In this document: positions 11,501 to 20,814 of the stretch, one piece after another | How positions within the stretch are numbered: the stretch's first letter is position 1 | Layout: each line of letters opens with the position of its first letter | Source: a virus | Taxonomy: Duplodnaviria > Caudoviricetes | Direction: 5' to 3' (one strand) | IMG/VR virus record: IMGVR_UViG_3300046004_001808 | Coordinates: 7,802-71,801 of that record | DNA length: 64,000 nucleotides | The notes under the pieces: model-generated | What the model was told of the DNA's origin: nothing | Database searches by the model: none | Seen by the model: the letters and a program-made list of their open reading frames with translations, nothing else | Program-made: the position numbers and the translations under genes

Positions 11501-14500
11501 AAATTTCTTTTTCAAATACTGAGAACATTTCACTAATTTCTGTGTAATCATCTTGTTTTCCATTAATAGAAAAATTTTCTTGTTTAGTATTTCCGGTAAG
11601 ATTAAAAACTTGTTTTAAATATTTTAGAGGTGTTGGTTTTACAACTTTAGTAATATCAAAATACCCATAGTTAGGTGCCGACCAAAATAATCTAACAGAA
11701 CCATTATACATTGCCGTATTTCCAGTTATCTCATATTTTAATTGATTTGTTTCCTCAGTAATACATTCATTACTAGTTTGATTAATTAACGCCCCTTGAG
11801 ATGGCACAATATATGATGAAGTTTTATCTAATGTTGTAATATAAACTGACCAGGGAATAACCCTTAAATCTCTTTTTGGATTATTCGGGTCAAACCCTTC
11901 TGGCATATTAATAATCGCTTCAGGTACATAATTTAATGTAACACCTGAACTAAACCCATTTTGAATATCGGTATCGGTATAACCTGAATAAATTTGGAAC
12001 CCTTGATAAAACACATTAAAATCATTAATTAATAATGGGTAAAATCCGGTATTCATTAATGATGATGTCTCAAGACCTAATGTTGTATTTTTTTCTAATA
12101 CAATATCCATTTGAGCTCCGTTAATTGTTAACCCATAATTTCTAGATGCAGAATTTGTAACAGGGTCATAATTATGCACATAACTAAATCCGGACCACGA
12201 TGTATCAATAATATCAACACCTGTCTCAACAAAATTTTTATATCGGTTCCAAACAGAACCAATTTTTAATATCCAAGCATATGGTAATTTATGTACCGCA
12301 CCAAATTTTTTAAGCGTTGCAAAAATATAGTCTAAATCCGTTACGGAATTTGTCTCATAAGTTTTGTACTTTTCTCTAAGCGTTGATAATGGTAAACTAT
12401 TTAAAAACAAATAAGCTGACGCCACAAATGGATATTCACTCCCATTTCTAAAATTTTTAACACCTTCTTGAATTGAATTAGTAAAATATGGAGTGTTTAA
12501 CATTGACACAGTTTGGTTACTTGACACCAATCCTGAATAATTTAAATATCTTAAATTACCTTCTGTCGGTAATTGAGAATCAAAACTTCTATTTTCATAA
12601 AATAATTTTAAATCAAAATAATAAATTGGGGATTTAATATTATTAAATAAAAAGTTAGTAAAAGGTCTTCTATTATCATCATTAGTAATATCTAAAAAAT
12701 TAGATATTATTTTTTTATTACTATTATATGTTAATACTTTTGTTGTATTATAAGACGATTTAACATCTGAAATTGAATTACCGTTTGCTAACTCACTTTT
12801 AACCCAAGCGAAATTTGTAAATGGATATGTGTCAGTTAAATTAAAAATATTACTTGATGTTGAATTTGATATAAAATCATCAATATTTTTTTCACCCGGT
12901 AAAGAAACTAATGGTTGTGATTTAGAGTCATTTAACAAATTTTGACTTAAAAATTCAAAACTAGAATTATTAACTTTGTTTTTAATATATGATGTATTAA
13001 AGATACCTCTAATAAAATTCTGCCAACTTTCACCTGTCCCATCATTTGAGATATGTCTCATCAAAATTTCAAAATTACCCGCATTAATACCAAACTCTTT
13101 TAATTTTTTAATAATAAAAGGATTATCATTTGATAAACTTTGAATAATGTTAATACTTTCTGCTTCAGCAATAACGTCAGTTACTTTATCCGCATCCTGA
13201 GTATTACCATTACTTCTTAATAAACCTGAGTAGTTAGATGTTAAAAATATTCTTTCAAATATTTCATAAAAATATTTAATTTCTTCTTTATTATCATAAA
13301 CAGCATTACTAATTGGAAATTCAATTGCATCTAACGAAACTCTTTGAATGTCGGTCACAGGATTTGAGGTTTCTGTCGGGTCAGCCGGCGGTTTTACTGT
13401 TTGAGTTGTTGCTCTAATAAATTCTTCAACAAATTCAACTTCAGGCCATAAATCAGTTAAATACGCTTTAGTTTGACTTATAACATTCTTATCTCCCGGA
13501 TATGTTAATTCAAATTTTTCACGACCATCTTTACCTGAAGTTGCTGTCAACATTTGAGGCCACGGATAAATTGGTAATGTTTTATTATCACCTGATGTTA
13601 AATTATCAACAGAAGCGTTTGCTGTTTCAGGATTTAAAATTGAATTTCTTCTGGCTTTAATTTGAGTATCATTTAAATTCCAAGCTTGTACATGAACATC
13701 ATCCATTAATCTTAGGAATGCCTCACCATTAGCAAAAATAACCGCAAGAACATTTCTAATATTTGGAACAAATCCAATACCATTATCTTTTTTTTGTAAT
13801 AAATTAGTTAAAGCTTCTGTTAATTCATCTTGAATATTTTCTTTAGTTGTTTTAGCTAATTTACCCATTTGGTTTATTAAATCTTCAAACCTATTATCAC
13901 CCTCAAATATATAAAATTGGAAGTTTTTATCTTCAGAACCTTTCTTATTAGTTATCTCTAATGAATTAAAAATTCCTTCGGTTGCTAGTTGATTTTTAAA
14001 TTGTTTAAGTTGGTCCGCGTTTGGCTCTGTTGATAATTTTTTTCTTTGACGATAAGTTTCTTTAACATTAACATCATTTTCTTTTGGTTCAATAGGAAAT
14101 ATACTTGGGTCAATCTTAAATGGTACATGTGAACCAGTTTTTGTTTTACCATCAATAGTATATTTACCATTTTCACCGCAAACAGAATTTGCCTCCATTT
14201 TTTCTTTTGCCGCACTGATAATACCTTGAAGTTCCGCCAAAGCATTTTTTCTTTTTTGAGCTGTATTTATTTCAGATTTAAAAGTATAAACCTTACTACC
14301 TTCAGTAATTCCATTAACACCATTAACACCTTTCATTACTAAATAATTTTTATCATCCATATATTTAGAAAACCATGAAGTTCCAGCACCAACATAAACA
14401 TCTTTATCTAAATTACCCAATAATCTTTGATATTCTTCAACATAAGTTAATGGGTCTAAATTTTGTTGCGAAAATGAAGTTAAAATATTTTTAATAAAAT

Positions 14501-15443
14501 TTTCAATCCTATTTTTCATTTGAACAACAGTAATTTCAGGGAAATCATCAGGTATCATACCTTTTGATTTATATTCACTATATAACTCTCTAACTTTTTG
14601 ATATCCTCTTGAAACAATAGAATCTTGGACGTTTGAAAAATTGCTAGAACCTCCTTTAACTGTTTGTATATTAACCCTAGATTGGTACATGTGTGGAACC
14701 GCAATTAATGCCGCCATAGGTACCTCACTTAACAATGTATATTTGTAAGTAAAAAATTGTAATTTAATTTTAAAATTTCCATTAGATGTGTCATATCTAG
14801 TTGAAAATGTTTGTAACATTAATTTTAATTTAACCGCTTTACCATAAAACCCTTTTATTGTTAATTGAAACATTGGATATGGTAAATTAAAAAATGCGGC
14901 GTATGGTGAATTATCACCCGCCTCAAACATAGCTCTACCTTTAACATCTTCTAATTCAATAGTAATTGAAGGTAAAAAATCTAACCCTTGTCTAATATTA
15001 ATTGATGTAATACCCAACAATCCATTATCAACTGAGGCTTGTTTACCACCTGAATTAATGGTTTGTCTAATGTAAAAATCACTACTTTTATTTGGGTTTG
15101 AGACAGCCGTTAGTTTTGGTTGATTCACACCATTACCTTTTATTGTATCTTTACCCGTTAATTCATCTGTATATGAATTATCTAAAAATGTTTTATCTCC
15201 CGGTTTTAAAAAATTAATAGTGGCTATTGAAACTGTTTGTACTTGGTCGTTATTTGCAACACCAAGTGCTAATTTGGTACGAGGTAAAACTTTACACTCC
15301 AAATTAGCGTACATTACTAAATTTTCCTGCTTAACATATCGTTCTTGTACTTTTCCGTCATTATCTATAACTTTATTTGGGTCAATGATTGATATGTTAT
15401 TATAATCAAACTCAACTAATATATTTTCCGATTTATCTACCAT
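8544..15443 (-). CDS. Giant baseplate hub protein (gp27/VgrG-like hub segments plus large insertions)
   Basis: Hub-type N-terminal segment GITSINIRQ...PSITIELEDVKG and C-terminal segment CTVSMMGNAMIQPTMYFNL...GAYMIQEVNHSI; follows the LysM wedge gene. Confidence 0.7.
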   Translation of the reverse strand: MVDKSENILVEFDYNNISIIDPNKVIDNDGKVQERYVKQENLVMYANLECKVLPRTKLALGVANNDQVQTVSIATINFLKPGDKTFLDNSYTDELTGKDTIKGNGVNQPKLTAVSNPNKSSDFYIRQTINSGGKQASVDNGLLGITSINIRQGLDFLPSITIELEDVKGRAMFEAGDNSPYAAFFNLPYPMFQLTIKGFYGKAVKLKLMLQTFSTRYDTSNGNFKIKLQFFTYKYTLLSEVPMAALIAVPHMYQSRVNIQTVKGGSSNFSNVQDSIVSRGYQKVRELYSEYKSKGMIPDDFPEITVVQMKNRIENFIKNILTSFSQQNLDPLTYVEEYQRLLGNLDKDVYVGAGTSWFSKYMDDKNYLVMKGVNGVNGITEGSKVYTFKSEINTAQKRKNALAELQGIISAAKEKMEANSVCGENGKYTIDGKTKTGSHVPFKIDPSIFPIEPKENDVNVKETYRQRKKLSTEPNADQLKQFKNQLATEGIFNSLEITNKKGSEDKNFQFYIFEGDNRFEDLINQMGKLAKTTKENIQDELTEALTNLLQKKDNGIGFVPNIRNVLAVIFANGEAFLRLMDDVHVQAWNLNDTQIKARRNSILNPETANASVDNLTSGDNKTLPIYPWPQMLTATSGKDGREKFELTYPGDKNVISQTKAYLTDLWPEVEFVEEFIRATTQTVKPPADPTETSNPVTDIQRVSLDAIEFPISNAVYDNKEEIKYFYEIFERIFLTSNYSGLLRSNGNTQDADKVTDVIAEAESINIIQSLSNDNPFIIKKLKEFGINAGNFEILMRHISNDGTGESWQNFIRGIFNTSYIKNKVNNSSFEFLSQNLLNDSKSQPLVSLPGEKNIDDFISNSTSSNIFNLTDTYPFTNFAWVKSELANGNSISDVKSSYNTTKVLTYNSNKKIISNFLDITNDDNRRPFTNFLFNNIKSPIYYFDLKLFYENRSFDSQLPTEGNLRYLNYSGLVSSNQTVSMLNTPYFTNSIQEGVKNFRNGSEYPFVASAYLFLNSLPLSTLREKYKTYETNSVTDLDYIFATLKKFGAVHKLPYAWILKIGSVWNRYKNFVETGVDIIDTSWSGFSYVHNYDPVTNSASRNYGLTINGAQMDIVLEKNTTLGLETSSLMNTGFYPLLINDFNVFYQGFQIYSGYTDTDIQNGFSSGVTLNYVPEAIINMPEGFDPNNPKRDLRVIPWSVYITTLDKTSSYIVPSQGALINQTSNECITEETNQLKYEITGNTAMYNGSVRLFWSAPNYGYFDITKVVKPTPLKYLKQVFNLTGNTKQENFSINGKQDDYTEISEMFSVFEKEILDSFESEFLNFSKSIYDFDSEFISNSDTESTKSFKNFQMLMRNLMKIPKITGTTINTELVSAVQESQLTVLSNLLQSFLNYDVVFKYGNPASFDKRLFYTFSNGLIADPYTWSKYSFQIPTPLPTSGGTVTLSQSITNYPNEWKALQLYVGFSEIPQLRYSNNGSYITDFFVDCNIDFSVDNIKTFAPIIKIYATQKLNDNTLTYNKFVKLMNEYIASTDKFQSIIINKLMPKLQKQLPDVGSTPDAVLATALEGPQTKLEYWESFKALNDKWIAGNDFKTKTLFEDILLMDRANRNIGDKVLVDIHKLKKTLTNINPKTSMLIFVQDILVTNNFVVMNIPSYVNFYNVQDAVKNPVPKPEGTIDFANTMFGTFLNVDYRNSSAKMVCFYAGKPSEQPDFKNNANVRFKGDSFDLRRASDNPLIEDQIGKQDWDKSNKVVGFNVDVGPQNQSIFHGFQIDQSAGQATAESLQQTDELVKQSSGKAAGTQNVSLYNLYKNRSYACTVSMMGNAMIQPTMYFNLRHVPMFSGAYMIQEVNHSIGPGTFETVFKGIRQSISNLPEIDSYIQTLKTNLLTSIIEKNKQDKQAAIKESGSKQQNVISQSNNTVTDATKKPANSSSNYPSCTPLKNYEKYQNITPSTNKAKYKDAISTIISQTADQKLRYLIFTAIYLGSSNGTILETNQHNYSGIDLLQNWGQSGVSYFENLYYCNSNNIPYASFSDLPKHIEFLISRWKDRVGQLPAITAKDIAKFYTLYFSANAKNIDVYNKLSQNPSQLSEIEVSVQQSIDLFKTGSGNVSGTPPPNTPPQGQTNQVIFENSFAFSTYYLQNLKINSGGALTGDFLVLNNGALLTQDYNAKIYLASQMSDILIANFTIKEKTNRGSFVSSPDFIEALELARNRQTYEVGFRVRVDAFPNIIFGNKDFVKVVMPLDCPEEGLNYREIIGTYDWKAIKDNICCKCYGKPYTGMEIVWDGKPCSRNGTTC

Positions 15444-15759
15444 AATAAAAGAAGTAATTTTCTAGGTCATTGTTGTAATCCTGTAAAGAAGCTATTAAAG
15501 GATAGGGTATTGTCAAGATAGCCCCATCGGGGATATTCCACTCTTGACCAGCATATAGTGGATTTGCTTGTAATATTAACCAACTAAAGAAAGGACTACC
15601 ATAATATTGTTGAGAAACTTTATCTAATCTAGATTGAGCGACTTTAAAAATATATCTTTTGTCTGTAGATTTACTTGGCAGAGCAATATATGGTACAACC
15701 GTTTGTTGTCCATTAACGATAAAATTATTGTATCTATTATAATAATCTTTAGTACCCAT
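15433..15759 (-). CDS. Baseplate wedge LysM-like protein (T4 gp53 / P2 gpX-like)
   Basis: RLDKVSQQYYGSPFFSWLILQANP...IPDGAILTIP. Confidence 0.85.
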   Translation of the reverse strand: MGTKDYYNRYNNFIVNGQQTVVPYIALPSKSTDKRYIFKVAQSRLDKVSQQYYGSPFFSWLILQANPLYAGQEWNIPDGAILTIPYPLIASLQDYNNDLENYFFYYGR

Positions 15760-15761
15760 AA

Positions 15762-18700
15762 TTAATCAAATTTTATTTTACCATCAAACGTTAATTTATC
15801 ATTATTAACATTTACAGTTTTATATAAATTAGCAATATCTGTTTTTTGTTGTGTTTCAGTTGCAGGGTCAGGAACCGTAGTATAAGTAAACTTTCTCAAT
15901 TTACCTTTAGGATAAGCCGGTTGATTTACAAATTTTAAATAAGATTCTTTTCCTTTAATTGTTTTAATAAATTTTTCTTCAGCAATTAATTCTTTTTTAG
16001 TTAAATCGGCAAAATCATCACAAATATTATTAAATTTTCTAACTAATTTATTATCACTTTTTAATTCTCCACTAATAATAGCATTCTTAAATTGTGTTAA
16101 TTTATTTTTATCATTAAATATTTGAGCCATTACCATAAATTGTCTTTTATCCTGAACTGACGCTGTTGCAAAATCTTTTGAAATTGGTTCAAATTCACCA
16201 GGACCTTCATATGGTACAGTAACTGTTGTAATTATTTTTTCAGCATCCATTAACACATTAAAATCGTCTAATCTAATACCAACTAAACGATAGTCATCAC
16301 ACAATTCTTGATATGTGTCTAATGGAGACCCAAGACTAGCGGTATTAACTTCGGTTGTACCTGAAATAGTATAAACACGAGGAATCCCGGTGTCTAAAAT
16401 TTTACCATCCGTTTTAGTTGTTACTAAATTTATTTTTCTAATAATTTGAACCATACTTTGTTCTAATATTACAATTTCTTGAATTTTAGTGAATAAACCA
16501 CTACTATAATCCCCTTTTAATGTGGTAATATATTGATTCATATTTGTTTTAACTCGTTGAATTGTTGCATCTGTAAATTTATAACCCACTAATCTTGATA
16601 TTATATAATTTTGATTAGTTGGATTATCAGCATTAATATCTGATATAAATGTACTAAATAATGAATCCACTTTAGTTTCAACACCTTCCGGTTTTCCATA
16701 AATTGGAGCTAATATACTACTAGAATTTAAACTTATTTCTCCCGAAGTATACAATCTATCCTGAGTTATTAATTGCCACACACCATAATTGTATGATTTA
16801 ACAATACTATCACTTTGATTTAAAACATTTGTATAATATTCTTTCGTAGCATCTAATATTTTATCCATAATACTCATATAGGTAATTTCCCCTGTTTGAC
16901 CACTAGTAACCGGAATGTTAGTTAATATGTCACCAATAGTATTTCCACCATCATTAGTAATTTCATTTTGAACATTATTAACAGTAACCGGTGGTTGAGC
17001 ATTTAATATTGATTGGATTAATGTAGTATCTAACGCTGAAGTATCTTCTGTCCATGTTGCTCTTTCGTCATAAATTTCAGTATTTGCGTAAAAATTAAAT
17101 GACAGCGCGTTTTGTAATTGTTCAACAGGTCTAGCAAGCCCCATACCACCAATCATATCAAAACTTAAATTTACGTTAGCTAACATCGGTTGAATACCAA
17201 TTCCTTCCGGATTCATATCCAACAATAATGGTTCATATGTAAATGATATTGTTTTTGGAATTATTTTTCCGTTATAGAAATCCCCAATTCTCAATACTAA
17301 TACCGGTGGTGCACCAAATGAAGTATTAACCGCATCATTATATTTTGGTTTACCGTCCGCACCTATTACAGGAATTGTTTCACCAGGTCTAACACATTGA
17401 TTTAAAAATGTAAGTCTAGAATTTAAACCTTCAGGTGTCATGGAGTGAAAAGCGGGATTGAAAAATTTAATTTTATCCGCTATAGACCCATATACCATAG
17501 GATTAGTTTCTTTAATAACATCAAAATAGTCACATTCAGTTAATAATTGTCTAATAATTCTTTTCCCAATACCTTCTTTTAATTTTTGTTCAATTGTAAC
17601 TGTCTGAACAGGTTTAATCGTATTAATTGTTGTATTGGTCACATCAGGTGTTATTATTTCCACTTTTTCAGGTGGTTTTACTATAGTTGTTGGAGCAATT
17701 GGTGCAATTGCAATACTATTAATTTTAACTCTTCTACATGCCATAGCATCTGTTGAATATGTCTCAGCTTTTTTGTTAGAAACATCTGTACCCGATGATG
17801 ATACAACATTTTTACTACAGTCAACTTGTGTTCCAGTACCTGACTCACCTTGAGGTATAGAAATTTGTTCACCCTTACCACTTTGTAGTGTAATTTGTAA
17901 GGTTTGATTTTCAAAGAAAGGAGCCAAATTAACATCTCCAATACTATACTCCTTTAAGAATTGAATAACAGAATCATTTCTTCGTTTAGAAAGATTTTCA
18001 TTATACGGGACACTGGCAGTTGCTGATGCCGAACCAACCATTTGAATACTTATAGTCCCCTTTTTTTCTTTTAGAATATTGTAAGCGTCTTTTATAAAAT
18101 TATTATCATTAAGAGCAATTTTTTTATAATTAGATTCAACAATATTTGTAAAGAACTCACCAACATTTCTATTAGTAACACCAACATTAAAAATTGCACT
18201 TGCGGTATCAACATATGTTTTTTTATTTCCAACACTAGTATATGACGAATACGTGACATCATATGGCACTGAAGAAACAACACCTTTTGAGTTTGGGTCA
18301 GGAATATCATTATCAAAATAAAATGCTAACTGAGAATAATTCTTTTTGAAATCGTCAATTGAAGTATCCGGATTTGTCGTACTATTTGTTGCATCACCAG
18401 GCGTTCCCGCACCTCCTTGAGTTACAGAATTTTCTCTTGGAATACTAGCACTTACACTTTTTAATTCTTCATCCGTTAAATTTGGTTTACTTAAAATCTC
18501 TTGATACGTATATAAATCCTTTGTTGGTATAGTATTAAATTTTAACGCCAATTCATAAATATCATACTTAACACAACCAGCAAAAAATGAATCAATAATT
18601 GAATTAATCCTTTCTTTATTTTGTCCTTTTAATTGTTTTTCCACAACAGCATTCATTACAGATGGACTATCAACTATAATCTTCCAACTTAAACTCCCTG

Positions 18701-20777
18701 TTCTACTTGTATTTTTATATGTGTAAATTGGTTCAGGTCTACCTAAGAAAGAAGTATCATTCCAATTAGCAGTACTACTATCTGAAAACTTTAAATCATA
18801 CGGAGGAAACCACATAACTCTACCACCATTTGGACCTTTCTCACAAACAGGTAATTCATCATAAGTAAAACCAGGTCTACTTGATGTTCTCCAAGCTAAA
18901 TTCTCAATTGAGAACATATATTTTTTAGCATATCCCCCCGTTCCATTAACATTATTCGCAATAATGTTTGTTGAGCCCGGATTTCTTAATGGAGCAATAT
19001 TCAAATTATATGTGTTATCCAAAACAGAATGAGTAAATCTTCTACCTGATGTAGTTATACCATCTGTTTTTTGTAAATCATTATACGCGTAATAAGGATT
19101 ATCTTTTGTGAAAACTCTACAATATTCAATACCGGCAGCCCCACCTGTTGTATTATCAGTATACGATAAAACTTGAGAACCTTTAGTAATTTCTTTATAA
19201 CCATCATTGAATACCTTACTAATCTGATTCATTGCGTTACCAACGTGTTTCAATCGAGCAATACCCGTAACATTATCCGCAGAATCAATTAATCTTTGAG
19301 TTTGGTCTAATATTGATGTTGATTTAAATTCAATGTTTGTTGATTCATCTCTAGTGATGTTTCCACTAACCAATTGATAGTCCTCATCCATAGTTCCGGA
19401 ACCACCACCCGGTATCGCTCTGAATCCTGCATTGGCTTTATATTTTGGAGATACCCAAACAAATCCTCCGTCAATACCCCCACCGTCACTATAGGACTTA
19501 CCTCCTAAACCAAAATTGTTAAGTGTTGATTCATTACCTTCATATAAAATACCCATCTCTGATGGACCATATACAGGTGAAGGGTCTTGTTGACCAAATG
19601 CGTTAACCGGTATTTGATTTGGGGGTGATGTAATATAAGACGGTTCCGATGTTTTATTACCAACATAGTAACCACCAACTAATGTACCATTACCCGGATT
19701 AATATTTGGGACTAATAAGTTAACTAATCCTTGAGCAACCCCAAATAATAAACCATAATCTTTATCATAAGATGGTTGATATCTATTATAATTAATATTT
19801 GCAAATAAAACAGACCTTTGACCATTACCTGTATTGGCTAAAAATATTTGTGAACCACTTCTACTAAGATTTAATATTGGACCTAATAAACCACCTGTTA
19901 ATTGATTAACAGTACTTAAAGCGTTTGATGTTTGTTGTGTTTGACTATTTTCGTTATTATCATTGAAATAATCTCCAGGTATTAATGAAACCGGCCAATA
20001 AGCTCCCGCCAATCTTGTTAAGAAGTCGGCAGCGGCAACAACAGGGTTTTCAGGTACTGTAATCTTCCAATTTTTATAAATTAAAGGTTGTTGACCTGAC
20101 AACATCATACTAATCTCAAACGGGTCTTGTAGAGATTGTAAATTTATTTGACCTAATGTGTTTTGAAATAATTCAGCATCAATTCTTTTTTTCAATAACG
20201 AATTTAATTCAAGAGCTCCAAATCTCGCAATAAAAGAATCCTGAGATAGTAACCCATTACTTCCAATAGGATTATTTGATAATAAAATATTATAAGGTGA
20301 ATAAGTTGATGGAGCAAAACTTGGTGGTTCCCAATAAGGTTGATATATCTTATTGTTATTTTCAACATCTGTTATAATAACTAAATCATTATAACCACCC
20401 GCCGGTCCATACCCATTTTGAATATAAGCAGCATCAATAAAAAATTCATTAAGTAAATCTAACGCTGTGTCGTTGGGGTTATATTCCCCCTGATTTGAAT
20501 TAACAGGTAAAGGAGGTCCGTTAAAATTAATTTCTAAATTATAACCACCATTAGGACCATATTCGTTCAATGGATATAATAAATTACCATATGGGTCATT
20601 CGTTATTAACTCACCTGGTGAATCAATAACATTACTTACACCTAAAATGGTTTCGTAATTAACTTGATTTGCCGGTGGGGTGTACACTCCTTGAACACTA
20701 TAAGGTGCCAAGTTTTTCGCCATTAGAGAATTTCTAAAGGAAGACGTGGACGCAAATGATAATGAACTCTCTGCCAT
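15762..20777 (-). CDS. Baseplate tail-tube initiator-like protein with an inserted OmpA-like domain
   Basis: FSDSSTANWNDTSFLGRPEPIYTYKNTSR and APPVLVLRIGDFY are typical of tube-initiator proteins; GSAS...YNENLSKRR...CRRVKI is OmpA-C-like; located right after the tape measure gene. Confidence 0.7.
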   Translation of the reverse strand: MAESSLSFASTSSFRNSLMAKNLAPYSVQGVYTPPANQVNYETILGVSNVIDSPGELITNDPYGNLLYPLNEYGPNGGYNLEINFNGPPLPVNSNQGEYNPNDTALDLLNEFFIDAAYIQNGYGPAGGYNDLVIITDVENNNKIYQPYWEPPSFAPSTYSPYNILLSNNPIGSNGLLSQDSFIARFGALELNSLLKKRIDAELFQNTLGQINLQSLQDPFEISMMLSGQQPLIYKNWKITVPENPVVAAADFLTRLAGAYWPVSLIPGDYFNDNNENSQTQQTSNALSTVNQLTGGLLGPILNLSRSGSQIFLANTGNGQRSVLFANINYNRYQPSYDKDYGLLFGVAQGLVNLLVPNINPGNGTLVGGYYVGNKTSEPSYITSPPNQIPVNAFGQQDPSPVYGPSEMGILYEGNESTLNNFGLGGKSYSDGGGIDGGFVWVSPKYKANAGFRAIPGGGSGTMDEDYQLVSGNITRDESTNIEFKSTSILDQTQRLIDSADNVTGIARLKHVGNAMNQISKVFNDGYKEITKGSQVLSYTDNTTGGAAGIEYCRVFTKDNPYYAYNDLQKTDGITTSGRRFTHSVLDNTYNLNIAPLRNPGSTNIIANNVNGTGGYAKKYMFSIENLAWRTSSRPGFTYDELPVCEKGPNGGRVMWFPPYDLKFSDSSTANWNDTSFLGRPEPIYTYKNTSRTGSLSWKIIVDSPSVMNAVVEKQLKGQNKERINSIIDSFFAGCVKYDIYELALKFNTIPTKDLYTYQEILSKPNLTDEELKSVSASIPRENSVTQGGAGTPGDATNSTTNPDTSIDDFKKNYSQLAFYFDNDIPDPNSKGVVSSVPYDVTYSSYTSVGNKKTYVDTASAIFNVGVTNRNVGEFFTNIVESNYKKIALNDNNFIKDAYNILKEKKGTISIQMVGSASATASVPYNENLSKRRNDSVIQFLKEYSIGDVNLAPFFENQTLQITLQSGKGEQISIPQGESGTGTQVDCSKNVVSSSGTDVSNKKAETYSTDAMACRRVKINSIAIAPIAPTTIVKPPEKVEIITPDVTNTTINTIKPVQTVTIEQKLKEGIGKRIIRQLLTECDYFDVIKETNPMVYGSIADKIKFFNPAFHSMTPEGLNSRLTFLNQCVRPGETIPVIGADGKPKYNDAVNTSFGAPPVLVLRIGDFYNGKIIPKTISFTYEPLLLDMNPEGIGIQPMLANVNLSFDMIGGMGLARPVEQLQNALSFNFYANTEIYDERATWTEDTSALDTTLIQSILNAQPPVTVNNVQNEITNDGGNTIGDILTNIPVTSGQTGEITYMSIMDKILDATKEYYTNVLNQSDSIVKSYNYGVWQLITQDRLYTSGEISLNSSSILAPIYGKPEGVETKVDSLFSTFISDINADNPTNQNYIISRLVGYKFTDATIQRVKTNMNQYITTLKGDYSSGLFTKIQEIVILEQSMVQIIRKINLVTTKTDGKILDTGIPRVYTISGTTEVNTASLGSPLDTYQELCDDYRLVGIRLDDFNVLMDAEKIITTVTVPYEGPGEFEPISKDFATASVQDKRQFMVMAQIFNDKNKLTQFKNAIISGELKSDNKLVRKFNNICDDFADLTKKELIAEEKFIKTIKGKESYLKFVNQPAYPKGKLRKFTYTTVPDPATETQQKTDIANLYKTVNVNNDKLTFDGKIKFD

Positions 20778-20814
20778 ATATTCTAATTTATCTATAAATA
20801 GATTGTACTTTATT

